Notes: generated by a model not told the origin, from the sequence alone. Counted from the first letter of the stretch, positions 36,245-51,535 are shown. The stretch is DNA of 64,000 bases from Gnetum montanum (GCA_015680685.1 MNCI01001077.1:253627-317626); one strand, 5' to 3'. A program made the numbers and translations.

Positions 36245-38603
36245 ATGAGTACCTAGGAGCAAATTAGTTTTCCTTTGTATTTAGATGGACCTCACGATGA
36301 TAGTAAATGATGTATCAACCCTGATTGCCTAGATCTTGATCCTGAGAGTCTTGTAGACCACATAGCCATAATAGAGAAACCTTTAGAATGTCTTGAAATC
36401 CTAGTCCAAACACTTGACTTAGAAGTAGGATACATAGTTGAAGACCCTCTAGTTGAGGTTTCTATCACAACATGGTGTTGAGAAAAAACCCCTTAAACTA
36501 AGTTCCTCACTAGAGCCTCAATGTGTCCAAGATATCATCAAAGTCTTACAAAATAGCATTAAGGCATTGTCCTAGTCATATGAAGATATGCTAGGCCTAG
36601 ATCCACATCTAGTCTAGCACAACATCATATTGGATCCTAGCATTAGACCAGTTAAGCAAAAACCATGCAAGATTAGACATAATTTGGCTTTGGTAGTTCG
36701 CAATGAAATATCAAACCTCTATCAAGAAAGTTTCATTAGGGCTATTGATTATGCAGAATGGGTATCTAACATAGTGGTAGTCCCTATGAAAAATGAAAGT
36801 ATCTATATTTGCATTGATTTTCAAGGCCTAAATAAAGCAACAATCAAGGATGACTTCCCTTTTTGCAGTACTTATCAACTTATTGATAGAATAGCTGAAC
36901 ATGCCTTGTTGTCCTTTATAGATGGATTCTTAGGATATAACCAAATTAGGATCAACCTCAAGCACCAACTTATCATAACCTTTATGACCACATGGGGTAC
37001 TTTTTGTTATAGCATGATGCCTTTTGGCCTTAAGAATGCTGGAGCAACATACCAAAGAGCCATGACTTGTAACTTCAGTGATCACATGTTAAGTTTGCTT
37101 ACTGATTACATAGATGACATAACTATGAAGTCTAAGATAGCCAATGACAATGCTAATGACCTATATCTTATGCTTAAACAATGCCTCAAATATAAGCTTA
37201 GTATCAATCCTAAGAACTATGTCTTTGGTGTCAAGACTAGTAAGATGCTTGGCTTTCTAGTATCTAAAGTAGGGATACACATAGATCATAATAATATTAA
37301 GGCCATATCCAAATTTTCAACACATACCAATCCTAAGAAGATTTAGGAATTACAATATGGATTACAATTTATTTGTATGTTTATCGCTAGGCTTACGGAA
37401 AAGTTATAGCTCATGCAATAATTGCTTAAGAAAGGAGTTCACTATGAGTGAACAACTCAAAGCCAAAAGGACTTTAAAAACCTTAAGGAAGAGTTGACAC
37501 AACTATTGATAATCTATCCTCTACAAGATGGTAAACCATTTCATATTTATCTATCCATCTCTAATACATTCATTACCTTTCTAGTTTGTCATAAATGTGA
37601 TGATGGAGTAGAAATGCATATATACTACCTTAGCCATGCATTAGCTACCCACAAGACTTGATACACTGAGGTGGAGAAGTATTTTCTAGCACTAGTCTTC
37701 TCTTTGAAGAAATGGAAAAACTACATCTTCGAAAGCCAAGTCAATGTAATTTCCAAGGATAATGTACATAGAGTCATAATGATCAACATCTATAAAAGTA
37801 GCTATATAGCTTGATGGAAAGCCACAACTGTGAATTTCAACCTCCATTATGTCTCTAAATCATCAACAAAAGGTTAAGTTATAGCCATACAACTCATAGT
37901 TTCACCTATTTATAGCCATAGATCCTAAGTTCCTTCATGAATGCATTAACACAATTAACCAAGTGCCCAAGGCTTATGAGGTAGCCATGAACTTTGACAA
38001 AGCTTCAATCGCCCATGGGGCTAGTGCTACTACCATTGTAACATTCTCATATGGTGAAATCCAATCCTTTGTCTATTTTTAGATGTTTTAATGTACCAAC
38101 AACATAGAAAAATATGAGGATCTAATAAGAGGGATGATGATAGCTCATGACCTAGGAATTAGATGCCAAGCCATCAAAGGTGATTCACAACTCATGGTTA
38201 ACCAAGTAACCAAAGTCTATGCATGAAAAGTTAAGCACTTATAACCTTACTATGATCTAGGAAAGCAATTACTATAGTAATTCAGACATTGATGTTCAAT
38301 ACCTACTCAAAAATAAAAATTCCATAGTTGATGCAATTCCAATGTTAGCCCTTATTGTGGCACCCAATGTGTTTAGCAACTTCCCCACCTTAACCATGGA
38401 CTATGCTACTCCCATCACACAAAACACTGAGGATACCTTTGTGGTCATATTTCATACTGTTCCTCCTAAGGAATGGTATGATGATATCAAATTTTACATT
38501 ATTCATGGTAAATCCTCACAAGACTTGACTACTACTTAGAAGGATGTCATACACAATTGATCAAAGCAATATGTGATCATAGGTGGTAACACATTATGTC
38601 AAT
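36245..38603 (+). pseudogene. Element B: Tat RT-RH-aRH and start of integrase, cut by an LTR insertion
   Basis: ORF 36630-37346 (DDFPF, SFIDGF, MPFGLKNAGATYQRAM, YIDDI); aRH CTNNIEKYEDL at ~38090; ends ...GGNTLC at 38600. Confidence 0.9.
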
Positions 38604-39366
38604 TGAAACACCCTAAAATTTCAAGGCACTCTTGCTTCACTAGGATCTTGCAAATAAGGAAAACATTTCCATAAGTGTAGCCTCATGATAGTTTGGCAAG
38701 AAATGAATGCACTGAGTTTAGACTATTCAGTTCAGCAAGTTTTCTACCTCCAAACATGACAAGCCCGATGGACTATCAAGCCTGCCCACCTAGATGTTTC
38801 AGCCAGTTGACAGTCTATTCAGAAACCATGCTTGGAGTTGTCGATAGTGCTCAAGATGCATAAAATAGTTTCGAAAGTTTTATAGTGAAGAAGTTTGCTA
38901 CCCTACGCTATGCTATGTAGCATAGCAAACCTTGGAAGATAGTTGCTCAGGAAATCAAGTGCAAACTATTACAAAATAGGGTGCTATGCTATGCTACACT
39001 ATGCAACGTAGCATAGTGTAGCAAAGACAAATCAGAAAGGTCTAGCTTACCAAATGATTCCAATGAAGAAATTGCACTCGACAAGCACTCTGGCCTTTAA
39101 AACTAGTTGCCCTCTTTGATTTCAAGTTCTTTAGCAAGGTCTCTTACTAGAAAGTGGTGGATTAAGCAAAAAAAAAGTAGGATATGCTAGGTACTATGCT
39201 ATGCTATGCTACATAGTGTAGCACAGCGTAGAAAAAATATAAGAGCAGTAAGAAAAGTTTCAAATGTAAGTTCAACAAGTTCAAAGGCTCTCCTTTGCAA
39301 GTGTTAGTTGTAGCTATTAGCATGGTCAAAGCCTCAAACAAGTGTTTGGAATTTCAGCATGGGTCG
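38604..39366 (+). mobile_element. 5' part of an A-family LTR inserted in B, itself interrupted by element C
   Basis: TGAAACACCCTAAAATTTCAAGGCA; collinear with ~22598-23240 up to ~39290. Confidence 0.88.
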
Positions 39367-41021
39367 TGTAGCAACCAAAAATGTTAGTGGCTGGAAAAAT
39401 ATCGAGGGGTCATCGACCATTGACAGTCTTAACCCGGTTTCTACAGGAGGGATGTGCTAGATGGGACAGAAATAGGATGCCCTAAACAGTCTGATCGATC
39501 AAATAAGAACTTAGTCAGTGTTAATATAACCTTTCGCAACATGTAATTTGAAAGCGAAACTGATAGCGCGAAGTAATGCTTAAATGTAAAAGAGATAGAA
39601 AATAGTGTAAAATGTAATAATAAATACGAAAGAAAGTAAAATGTAGTTAGAAAAATGAACTACTTTGAAGCTACAACTTTACTTTGTCAAGATGGATACA
39701 ATTGGTTGCACAATGCTGAGAAGTCCAGAGATCTTGAGAGTAACCAAGATGCATAGAGTAAGATGGCTATGTGCTCGAATGTGGACTCAGGCATTAACAA
39801 TGAAAAGTGCTACCAAGGTGGTAGGAAAGAGTAGAAAAAAATGCCAACTAAGAGTGCTAACTATTTATAATGTCAAATAGAAATCTTATAATGCTTGAGG
39901 TTGCAGTGCTAACTTTTTCTTTGTTAGCCAACAAAATTGTTAGTCGACCATATTACTTAGAAAAATGAGGATCAGGAACCCTCCAAGTGTTGCTCATTGG
40001 AATATTTATAGGATTGAGGGCATGCAAAAGATGCGGTTTGGACACCACATGCCCTGGGATTTTACTGACCTGTCTATGCTGCACATGCCTACATGATCAT
40101 TGGCTAAATCTACCCTGCCATAATTACAAGCTTTCCACACTATAATTGCACTATCAGAGCAATGGTGTGATTAGGTGGAGTGCATTGATGTAGTGTAAGT
40201 TCTCACCACATTTTTCTTTGCTTCGTAGTGTATCATGTTTTGCATGGTGTAGCATCTTGTTACGCTATGCTACGCTACACAACGTAGTGTAGCTGTTGAT
40301 TTCAAGAAAAAAATTTGTGTTTTTCCTACTACATGCATTGGAAACCTTTGAAGAATGTTGACTATTTGTTGCATTTTTGCTATGCTACATAGCGTATCAT
40401 AGCGTAGTAGCTGGCCTTAGTCACAAAAAATCTACAAACTTTACCTTTTGTGCTACGAAACTTGCGAACTTGCTAACCCCACCCTTTGAGATGTGTTTTG
40501 TCACTTTCGCAGAATTGCTACACCTTGTTGCGCCATGTAGCTTAGCTTAGCGTAATAGCAAACATGACCTATTTTTTCCATGTTTGGCACTTTCTGATGG
40601 AAGGAGACATTGCTAAAGGACTTGACGTCGGGTGAGGGGACTGACCGTCTAGCTTTTGCTACGCTATGCTATGCTGCATAGCATAGCGTAGCACTGTGCT
40701 TCTACAAACGTCTTCTGAAGTTTACCATGCTACATAGCGTAGCAAAATTCCTTGACTTAGAAAAATTGCTGAAGAGTTTTGTGCATTCTAAGAACTACCA
40801 ACAATTCCATGCACCACTCCTAAGTGTGATGTCAGCTAGATGAACTACTCAGGTGGGTAGGCTGGAGAGTCCATTTAGCCTATTGACACCTAGGGTAGAA
40901 AACTTGCCGAACTAGACATTCTAAACATTAGAGCATCCATCTCTTGAAGAACTTCTGTAACACTATGCAAATTCCAAAGACTTGGTGAAGAAATCGTGCC
41001 TCCAAATTTTTGGGTGTTTTA
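39367..41021 (-). mobile_element. 3' LTR of element C (~1.65 kb)
   Basis: Minus strand T(G>A)AAACACCC...GGTTGCTACA; TATA at 40003-40010; PPT complement at 41022-41036. Confidence 0.9.
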
Positions 41022-42069
41022 TTGGCCCATCTTTTTTGACATCTAGAGGATGGGCTCAAGAGACATTGACAAAGAATACGAAACACCATGGAAGATAAGA
41101 TGTTAATGTTGCTACTCAGTGATCGTCAAGATGTTGCTTGGCTAGGATTGAGAGTGTTGTAGGGAGGAAGGAGGTTTAGGAAAAGTGTAAAGATGAGGTT
41201 TAGCAGAGTCCCTCGTTAGAGTGCTCATGAGGAAGTTATTCACGTTTCCATCTTTACTTTCACCGACCTTCAACCTCTTGTAGGATAGGTGTTTCTTTTC
41301 CAGGATGAGTTTTGTTACATCCATGTTGGGTTTTGACCTACCTACAGATGCTTCCCATGCATTGAGCTATGTTACACACATCATGGAATTTGCACTCTAA
41401 AGTAGCCAAGCTAGTCAAGGCACTCACTTTGCGATGTTGTAGCATTTGCTACTATGGCCAGATGTGCTTTCGATTGCACATTGTAAGCACCACGGAGAGT
41501 GAAACAACCATGATGCAAAGCAAGGGTAGAGGTCTTGCTTACTGTAGATGTTGTTGAAGCTCTTGGATGCTCGTGCTGGTGCACGGTGTCCAAAGTTGAA
41601 AGGCCAGTAGCAGTCTTGGAAACATCGGCATGGAGGAGTTGGTGTCGAAGGTGCCAGGAGTTGCTGTGAGTGAGAATGCTCTGAAATCCCTATCAAAGGC
41701 ATGCATTCTTAGTTCAACTATGGGATCAGCTATGACATAGCTAAACATCGTGTGAGCCCAGATGTTAGCAGGGGGATGGAGGGTAACAATATTGTGGCTA
41801 AGCCACAATACTACTAGAACTCCAATGGTAGACACTGGCCAAGGTGGTGGGCCATGGCGACAGTAGGTGCAAAGGTCTAGTGTGATGTCATATGACATCT
41901 ATGGAGGGTCATCAGGATGCCAAGACTGGTGGCATCATGTATGTTTCAAATCTTGTTCCTATTGTGTTGTGAACTGCATTTTGGAGCTGCAATGTCCCAC
42001 CCCAACGTCGGCATAGTGCATGCTCATTCGATGTGTACTTGGCGTAGATGCATGCTACGGACGTGACGT

Positions 42070-42400
42070 AAATCTAGTTTAAGGTCTTGGTAGACCGTGT
42101 GCTGGTTTAGGGTCCTAGAGGATTTCTGTGCTTGTTTAAGGTCCCAGTAGACTGTACATGCTAGTTTAACATCATAGCGGATGTGTCATGCCAGTTTATA
42201 GTCATAGCAGACTAGTTGTGCTAGTTTTACATCAAAGTAGATGGTTGTCACTAGTTTAACATAATAGCAGATGCACTGTGCCAATTTATACTCATAGCAG
42301 ACTAGCTATGCTAGTTTTACATCGTAGCAGATGATCGTCACTAGTTTAATGTCGTAGCGAACACTACTTGTTGCTGTCGGTTTAACATTGTAGCGGATGT
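42070..42400 (-). repeat. Element C array 3 (post-integrase hairpin/pseudoknot units, ~11)
   Basis: Minus-strand agtc-tgctat-gact-ataaa-ctggca and catc-tgctac-gatg-taaaa-ctagca, among others. Confidence 0.85.
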
Positions 42401-42419
42401 TGCTTGTTGCCTTCATGCT

Positions 42420-45400
42420 TTAGATGTAGTACGGCTTGAGGTATGAATGATTCACTAGGTTGGTGACCGTGTTGCTGTCCATGTCCACCAACTTGAAGAC
42501 TCCATTCCAAAAGGCTTTAGTAACCATGTATGGGCCTTCCCAGTTGGTTGAGAATTTTCTCACATGCTCATGGAGAGCTTTGAGGATGAGGCCTCCCTTC
42601 TGTACTGGTCATTGATCCGTGTCTGCATGGTGCTTTTGCTATTGCTTGCTCTGGTAGTGCTCTATGTGACTCAAGGTTTGTGCACACTCCTCCTCTATTG
42701 AGTTGAGGTCGATGATCCATGACTCATTATTTTGGGCTTCACTCACGACAGCAGATAGGATCATCCAAAGTGATGGTACCTGTAAATTGAGAGGCAACAC
42801 AGGTTTAGATCCATGAATAAGGCTGTAAGGAGTCTTACTTGTCATGGTTCTACATGTCGTTCTGTAGGCCCATAGAATGTAGAGGATTTGCTTGTGCCAC
42901 CCCCACTTGCTGTTGTTAAGCATACGCTTCAGCAAGTTGATGATGGACTTATTTGTAGCCTTTGCCTATCTATTCGCCTACTAGTAATACATGGAGGAGA
43001 AGATTGCCTAATTCCTATATTACTGCAAAAGGTTTGGATTTATGTACTACTAAATTATGATCCGTTGTCAGTTACAATAGTTATCACAAGCCCAAACCTT
43101 GTCACAATGTTGTCAAGGATGAAGTGGCAGATCTACTGAGACATCATCTTCCTCAAGGGAATAGCTTCCACCCACTTAGTAAAATACCCAGTGGCAGTGA
43201 TAATGAAGCTATGCCCTCTAGAGGACTTAGGTGTGATAGGTCCTACAAGGTTTAGTCCCCATCATTGAAAAGGCCACGTGATTTCCATTGGGTTTAGGTC
43301 TGTAGGTGAGATGTGTATGAGATTTGTGTATCTCTAGTACATGTCACATGTCTTGGCTTTTGATAGGTATTCATGCTCCATGTGGGGCCAATAGTACCCT
43401 AGGCATCTAATTTTCGTAGCCATAGCCCTGGGTGCTATGTGTCCATCACACAACCCCTTATGTACTTCATTAACTACCTTCTACACCTACTCCTGACCCA
43501 TGCATGCCAACAATATTCCATCATAGGAACGTCGACATAGGGCATCATTCCCCATGAGCGTATATTGCCGAGCACACTTGCGGATCGCATCTCTCTAAGC
43601 AGATGTTAGTCCACTTGGGGGTTCACCGTGTTGTAGGTAGGCTTTAATGTTAGCATGCCATTCCTAGGTATCTACAATGCTAATAGAGGCCACATGTCCC
43701 ACCTGAGTGATAGGCTCAATACATTCGACAATCAAAGTCAATAGAGTTGCGAACGAATGGGGTGGAATGTTTAATGCAAGGGTGGCTAAGGCGTCTACCA
43801 TGGTGTTCTCGTTGCATGGCACGTGTTGCACCTATGTGGTTGAAACTTGTTTAGGCAAGCTTTTTGCTAGATCACAGTAGGCTTGCAGGTGCATGGCTTT
43901 GTAGGCATAGACCTCGGTGATTTGGTTCACAACTAGTTGTGAATCATTGCGGATTACCAAGTGTTGTATGCATAGTGTTTGGGCAGTTGAGAGGCCTTTG
44001 AGTAGCCCCTCATACTCTGCCATATTTTTGGTGTAGGGGAATGTAAAATGATAAGAAAATGGATACATTTCCCCTAAGGGAAATGTAATGATGATGGCTG
44101 CACTACCTCCTCATGTGGTTGAAGTGCCGTCGAAGTGTAAAGTAGCTTCCAGGTGCGATGGGACGATGTTGATAATGCCAACATGTTCATCTAGGAATTC
44201 GGGATCTATGGTTGCATGGTCGTCGACGGGTGAGGCCGTAAGTTATGTTGCTATGGCTTAACCCTTAGTCATTGACTAGTTTACATAGTGTAGGTCGAAC
44301 TCTGTGGTGATTGCTTTCCATCGGGCTGTCTAGCTACTTTCATACAAGTTGTTAGTGATAGCTTAGAGTATGTTGCTTTTGCAAATGATGTTAATTGTAC
44401 TATGAAATAGCTAGTGCCTCCACCTTTTTAACAGAAACACTAAGGCAAGTAAATTCCTCTCCACTTTGTTCTATTTCACCTCATGCACTATTAATGCATG
44501 ACTCAGATAATACACTGGTATCTCAGATCCATCATCTCGTTTCTGACATAGCAGTGCTGTGATAGATGTGTTGGAGGTGGCAAGGTAGATGAAGGAAGGC
44601 TTACCCCGCTATAGTAGATGCACAGTTGGAAGATGCAAAAGCTCTTCTTTGAAGTCATCAAAGGCTTCTTAACATTTGGTTTTCCACTCGAAGTTAACCC
44701 CTTTCTTTAGAAGATGTTGCATGGGGTGTAACTTGTTAATCAACTTTGCTATAAACCTTCAGATGAACTATACCCTACCTTTCAATCCACCTAACTCCTT
44801 AAGATTTATGGGACATGCCAGGTTGATGATGGCCTTGACTTTGTCAAGGTCCACCCGTATTCCAACCTTCGATACCACAAACCCTAACATGCATCTATTT
44901 TTTACCCGAAAGACACACTTCTTAGGATTAAGACGTAGATTATGCATTTGAAAACACTTGAGGACTACCCATAGATCACGTGGGTGATCAACTACCTCCT
45001 TGGAATTGACTGCTATATCATCCTTGTAGTCATTTAATGTTTCTAGGATTTAGTCGTTGAAGATGTAAGTCATGGCTCTTTGCTAGGTTGCCCAAGCATT
45101 CTTGAGTTCAAAAGGCATCATGGTGTAACAAAAGGTCCCCCATGGGGTCATGAAGGTTGTTGTTAGCTGATGCTCTAGATTGCTGCAAATCTGGTTGTAG
45201 CTAGAGAAACCATCCACGAAGGATAGTAGGGCATGACCAGCCATAGTGTCGATGAGTTGATTGATTCTTGGAAGTGGAAAATCATCCTTGATAGTTGCTT
45301 TGTTCAAATCTTGGAAGTCTATATAGATCTTTATTCCTCCCATTTCCTTAGAAACCATGACGATGTTGGATACCCATTCTGAATAATCAACTGCACAGAT

Positions 45401-45889
45401 GAAACCATCTTGGTATAGCTTTGTGATATCATCTGTTACGGCTAATGCAATTTTTGGCTTAACCTTACAAGCTTTTTTCTTGATTTCCTTCATGCGCGGG
45501 TCTAGGATGATGTTATGTTGTATAAGCCTTGGATCTAAACATAGGATGTCACTGTATGACCATGCAAAGACTTTGATGTTGTCTTGTAGAATCTTGGCTA
45601 CATTTTTATGCCTCTTCACATCTAGGAGGGAGCTATGTTTTAACATTTCTACTTCCCCCTTCGACGTGATCACAGGAATCCCAAAAAGAGGGTCCTCAAT
45701 TACATCCTCAGCCTCCAAATCTAGGGTTTGGACCAGATGCTTTGGCTAGTCTAGTGATGTTTCTAAAGATGCTATGGTGCTAGCTATGGTTGACTCCCAG
45801 TCGATTAGGTCGAGGTTCAATTATCTTGCGAGCTTGCCATGTGGACCTACTAAAGCCAAAGACGTGGAGAGATCGCAATGGATTTCCAT
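42420..45889 (-). pseudogene. Element C RT-RH-aRH-INT ORF (decayed)
   Basis: ORFs 45083-45718 (RT), 43832-44068 (aRH) and 42639-42935 (INT); stop at 42420; in-frame ATG at 45889. Confidence 0.92.
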
Positions 45890-46014
45890 TTTTTTCTTAA
45901 CCTGTCAAGATGAGATGATAGCTTGGTTAAGAGGCACTTGTTGGTAGTAATTCTGTATAACGAAAACTTGCAAAGCAATAATGAGATGTAACTAGCTAAG
46001 TATGATGTAACGAT

Positions 46015-46325
46015 TAAAATTTACTAGTTTTAAGTCATGACAAACTACTATGGCATGGAGATGTAGAGCTACTAAAATAGAAAATGTAAAACTATCGATG
46101 TGAGAATGTGAAGTTGCTAAGGAATGCAAAAATGCTAATGTGAAAATGTGAAACTGCTAGGTTAGCATCATTGCAAACTACGAATGTATAACAGATCAAA
46201 ACTGCTAGTTTAAGGTCTTCTCAGACCAGTGACAAGAGTGGAAAACTATAATAAAAATGCTAGTTTAAGGTCTTTTCAGACTGGTAACGTTACAACTAGG
46301 CTAGGGTTGCTAGTTTAAGGTATTT
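46015..46325 (-). repeat. Element C array 2 (pre-RT)
   Basis: Plus-strand gctagtttaaggtc units at ~46205, 46259 and 46309, with weaker copies. Confidence 0.75.
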
Positions 46326-46645
46326 TTGAACAAATATGATTGAAAATATATTTTTTCATTTTTTGGGAAAGGAAGTAATTAGCTTGGAGAGTGTCAAGGT
46401 TTTAATTCCAATAGTGCTACGATGTTGTGGTGAGCAAGCTACGCTATATGGCACACTCCACATTAAATGAAGAGAGAGAGTAGCAAGTTTCACTCTTTCA
46501 CCATTACAGCCATAAATAGGGATTAAACCATGGTAAGCTTGTCATTCTCACCTTAAGAGCGCAGAGCCCATATTTGGAGCACAAATCTATTTCGAAGCAC
46601 GGAGCGATTGTACTAACAGCAAGCAAGGTGATTTTTTGCATAGTG

Positions 46646-49600
46646 ATGAGGAAAAATCTACAAATAGGATGATGGCTCCAAGAAGGAATGTACTGACTTG
46701 GTGCTTGCTAAGGTTGAGGAGGTGAAGAAAACCTAGGGTGTGTGACACAAGCGCACGTTGTGGCGCGGGAGGACACGTCATTGATCCGGTAGGCTACTAT
46801 GCTTCCTCTATTTTTTTGTGATTCTATTATCATTTTTTTGTGTTTCTTTCTCCTTTCATTTTTTATTCTAGTCTTAGTCATTTATGTTTTCTATCATCAC
46901 ATTCTTTTGGCCTTTGCATTACCAATGTTTATCATTTTGGTAGTGGCAGATGCATAAATTCTATGCTATCATTGCATGTAAGGTCGTTTAAATCGCCACC
47001 ACTGCGGTTTTCATAACCGTGGGGGTTTGAATAGTTTAATTTACTTTGCTTTCAAATGGAATAGTGTAAGACCCTCAAGAGGTTTGGCCATGTGTGACGT
47101 GGCAGTGCAAAACATCTTCTATTGAGGCGTATTGTTAACCACCCTGTTAGGGTTAATTTCTTTGTTGCTACGCTAGGCTATTTTTGCTACACTATCGTTT
47201 TCATGTTCTTGTTGCGCTATGTGAAAAAATGGGGTTATGCTACGCTATATTTATGAACTGCTAGGTATTGCTATGTTGTGTGCACATTGCACTTAAACAT
47301 GATGCTAACACTTGCTAGTTGTATTATGCAAGATGGGGCTAAGGCCAATTCTGATTGTCTTAAAAATTGTAGGGGTCCTGTGTCATGTAAGAAAACCTAT
47401 GGCCAATGCTCCTCCTCCCCAAATACATGTGGGAGAGTGGGGGGCTTGGTTCAGGAAAGAAGCATAGGAGTTCCTACAATACCTCCTTGAACCCTTCAGT
47501 GTGATCATTTGGTCATACCCAGAGGAGGAAGAGGCAGCTATCATAACCGAAGCCATATTTCGTGGGGCAAGCTAGGGAATCCTGAGGTTTTTGATAGATG
47601 GAGAAATCATGAGTAGGGAGGGAGAAAGCTCCAGTCAATGCCCAATAGGGTTAAGGAGTTTTTTCTAGATCTAAGATATGCATGAATATAGCTACTACCA
47701 TTCTTACAACACATTTTTTGTTGCACATTATATGGAAATATGCTTCCAAAACCCACCAGGAACTATTTACTGTGCTGGTGAATGAGTTTTGTAGCCTTGT
47801 TCTGTTGTGTTGCATGATGCTGGCCATATTGGCCAAATGCTAACAATGTGTTTTTGTTACCAGGTTTTACATCAACAAGGAAGGGATTCATGACTGACCG
47901 AGTCTACTGACTACAACACGTATAGCCCTACAGGAGTTCTCTTCTACTGAGAACCTGGAGGCAGGTGTGATTGGTCAATGCAAGGGTGAATACCACACCT
48001 ATCCACACCTATTCCCCATTACCTATGATCCGTTCAAGGGGTCTAGTTGGCTAGATGAGGGACGGGCACAACCCTTCAAACTGATCACCGTTGATCAAGT
48101 TCTAGTTAGTCTTCCACTATTCCCATCACCGTACAAACCTGGCAGGCTAAATAGTAAGTGTTGCATGCTCAAGTACCTTTGCAATCTTTGGATTTTCTAT
48201 GTTTTTGTGCTAAGTATTTCTTGTGAAAACTGTTATAGGGGTGAAGAAGCCTTAGGAGGTGACGATGGTAACCACCAAGATACATGAGGCAAACATCTAC
48301 TTCAAGTATGGAGAAGTAGATACAAGCCAACGCTAGATAAACGGTGCAGCTTTTGGATTCCTTAGTCTAGAATATCCAAAAGGTTGGGCTTATGGATCTA
48401 TTCCTGGCCACTAATCTAAGCATTCCTACTACTGAGATGCTCTCCTTGATCAACTCCTTTTTCGACAAGGTGAGCCACTTTTGCACGCGCATATAGGGAG
48501 TGTGGGTGATCATTGAAATCAATGACCAGCTGTTCACGGACCTCTTCGGTGTCTCTGCTGATGGCATCCTCATAGGTTCAAAGGGCAAGAAGGAGATGAC
48601 CCTTCAGAAGAAGGAAATTAAGGAGTAGTTAGGGATTACTAAGGAACGAAAGGGGCTCCCCATGGAGAAGCTTAATGAAGGACCCGCCAAGGAGATTTAC
48701 CCTATCTTCCATGCTCGTGCATTCCCCTAGCTACTTTCCGAAGGGAAGGTGCTTGGGATTGAGCAAGCTTGGATAATGCATGAGGTCATGGAAGAGGGGA
48801 CCCATTACAATTGGGCTAGGTTTCTATGTGAAGGCTTGCAGACAAAAATCTTGGAACTCCATAAGAAATCAGAGTCTTGTTCCAATATATATTATGTCTT
48901 TTACACAGCCTATGTGAAGCATTTCATGGAGTTTCTAGTTGTTCACAAGAATGGAGCCTGGGTTATGCGAAATCACAACTAGATTTCCAAACCATGGATC
49001 TACCAGATCCTCTGGACCACCCAAGCCCAAGATCCCCTAGAAATAATTGAGAAGTCGTTCTTTGTGACGACTAAGGATCTGGTAGCCTGCAAATTTCATG
49101 ACCAAGATAGCATAGGAGACACGCCCCCTGTTGTAGCTGGTAGTGTGTTACCGGGCAGACATCTCATAGCCAAGACTATGGCCAAAAAGTTGCAATGGAA
49201 GAGGCCTCCTTCAGCTAAGTAAACCCTTTGCATGGAGGAAGAGAAGGGGTAGAGACTACAGCTTAAGCTGCAGAGGAAACAACCCTCCATTGGTAAACAA
49301 TTTTTTTTAATGTATACTTTGTTATTTTCTGCTATGCTATGTCACGCTAGGCTGCGTAGCATAGCGTAGCACCTACTTGAAGCTAACTTTTTTTGGACCA
49401 ATGCAAACATGCTTCTTGAATGGAAGAGGAAGAAGAAGAAGAAGAAGAAGGCGATGAAGAGGTGTCTACCCCTAAGATGGGGGCGATGAATAAAGACATA
49501 GAGGCCCCTGTCTCAGAAGAAAGGGCCCTGGTCAAGAAGAAAGGAGCTCCTACTGGTAAGGCAAGGGCTCTTGTCATTAGGTAGAATCCTCCTACTAATG

Positions 49601-51132
49601 AGGAGGGAATTTTTAGAGATGAATAAGAGTCTTGTTTGGGTAAGAAAGATGCTGGTATCTTGAAAGAAAATACACCAATGAATGAAGAAGTGGCCTGTAC
49701 AGACTTGGCAGGGACTTCTACCAAGGCTGTCCTCATTGTCTTGTATCAGTAGAAAGGGAGACTGCAATCGGACGCTGGTGAGTTCGGTAATGTGTCTGCC
49801 TTATCATAGTCTATTTCAGCTATTGCTAATATGTTTAGTTATGTAATAGGTGCCACTGTTAATGCTGCAGGACCCCCTCTGACTTGTGTAGAACCATGGG
49901 CCAAGATCCCTGATAAATTTACGTTCATGCATGGAGTTGTTGATGACATGATTAGCCACCTTCAGCAAGTGGACCTTGATGTGCATAAGTAGCAGTGTTA
50001 GGTGCTCTCATGTTTCCATGCTAGAATCTCATGAGCTTGCTAATCTTGCTATGCTAATGCGATTACTACACTCTTTGTGTCATGGAAGCCTCTCGGCTCA
50101 AATGGGACCTGGCACGGCCTTTGAAAGTTGGTGTCGTGCCTACATTCCTACCTAAAGTGACTAAGGTGTCTCATCATGCATACGACAAGGCTTGAGAATG
50201 CACTTTTCACTCGGCACACTCCTTGTGGGAGTGTAGGCACGTCAACGAGGACCTGTGGAAATGGGTCCAAAGAGCTAAAAAAAAGGAGGCCGACTTGAGA
50301 ACCAAGGTGGAGGATCTTAAGTTGAGGAACGAGTTCCTCATAGGCTGTGGCACTAATAATAAGGACTAGCACACAACTGTAATAGATTATTCCATATTTT
50401 GAATAGTCATGTGTCAGAACGTTGAAACCACTGGTAAAATAATAAAACAGTGGATGAAAATGGACTTGTTAGCCCAGAAGTGTTAAGATTTGAAAGATTT
50501 CAGTGTGAAGGTTTATGAATTGGGGAAATCCTAGAAAAACCAAAAACACATGTATAAACTTGAAAATTCCACCCATCATAAATTTTACAGGAACACTGGT
50601 GTGGAGGAATTTACGTATAAAGCATTCATAAATGCCATTGATGCTTTGGAGGCCTATGCCAAGTTCAAAGAGTAGGTAAATGTTATAGAATCTCCTAACT
50701 GGAAAGTGGACCTTCCCAGAGGAAAGATCACAACCATATCCTTTTACCTGGGACCACCAAGGTGGACAACCACTGAAAGGGAGAGAGCTGCTATGGACGT
50801 TGAACCAAGCAATAGGCATTGGGTGGACATCACGGTAGAGGAGGTCTGGCATCGCCTCGGGCTCGCTTTATACTAGATATCCTTCGAGATGGATGCAGGT
50901 CCTTCTCAAGTTAGTTGATTTTTACTGTATTAATTCTTATGCTCTGTTGTAGATTGCGTGTGTTTCTTTAGATGACCACTTCATTCCTATGATGTAGGCT
51001 CCAGATGAGAGTGCAGTGCTCGTAGAGAGAAGGAATGAAGAATCAATAGAGGACAACGTTAATGAAGCTGATGCAAAAGGAGATGATGTAGAAACAAATG
51101 ATTAAGATAATGCAAATAGGGACAACCCATGA
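46646..51132 (+). pseudogene. Element C antisense multi-exon accessory gene (decayed)
   Basis: ORFs 47967-48287 and 48749-48982 (YNWARFL) and a poly-Glu tract at ~49425; introns 46789-46949, ~47780-47863, 48154-48238, 49293-~49425 and 50910-50997; stop at 51130. Confidence 0.8.
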
Positions 51133-51315
51133 CAACATGGGATTTCTTTTGAAGTTTCAAATTTTTGTAAAAAAAAATTAATAATTTCACGAACATTGTC
51201 CAAAAGGCAAAAGTTTTGAATAAAGAAGAGAATTTAGGAAAAGAAATTAATTTTGCATTAACTTGTGCATTGTCTATGTGCTACGTTTTGGTGTAAAATT
51301 TTCATGCTTTCATGT

Positions 51316-51535
51316 GCTAGTTTTAGGCTATTTCGGGCCATTACTAGTTTTAGGCCATTTCGGGCTCTTGCTAATTTTAGGCTATTTCAAGCCATTGCTA
51401 GTTTTAGGCCGTTTTAGGCCATAGCTAGTTTTCGACTATTTCGGGCCTCAGCTAGTTTTAGGCCATATCAGGCCATTGCTAGTTTTAGGCCATTTTAGGC
51501 CTTTGCATAGCATAGTTTTAGGTCGTTTCAGGCCA
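51316..51535 (-). repeat. Element C array 1 (post-protease, ~8 units of ~27 nt)
   Basis: Plus-strand gctagttttaggccatttcgggcc repeats. Confidence 0.9.
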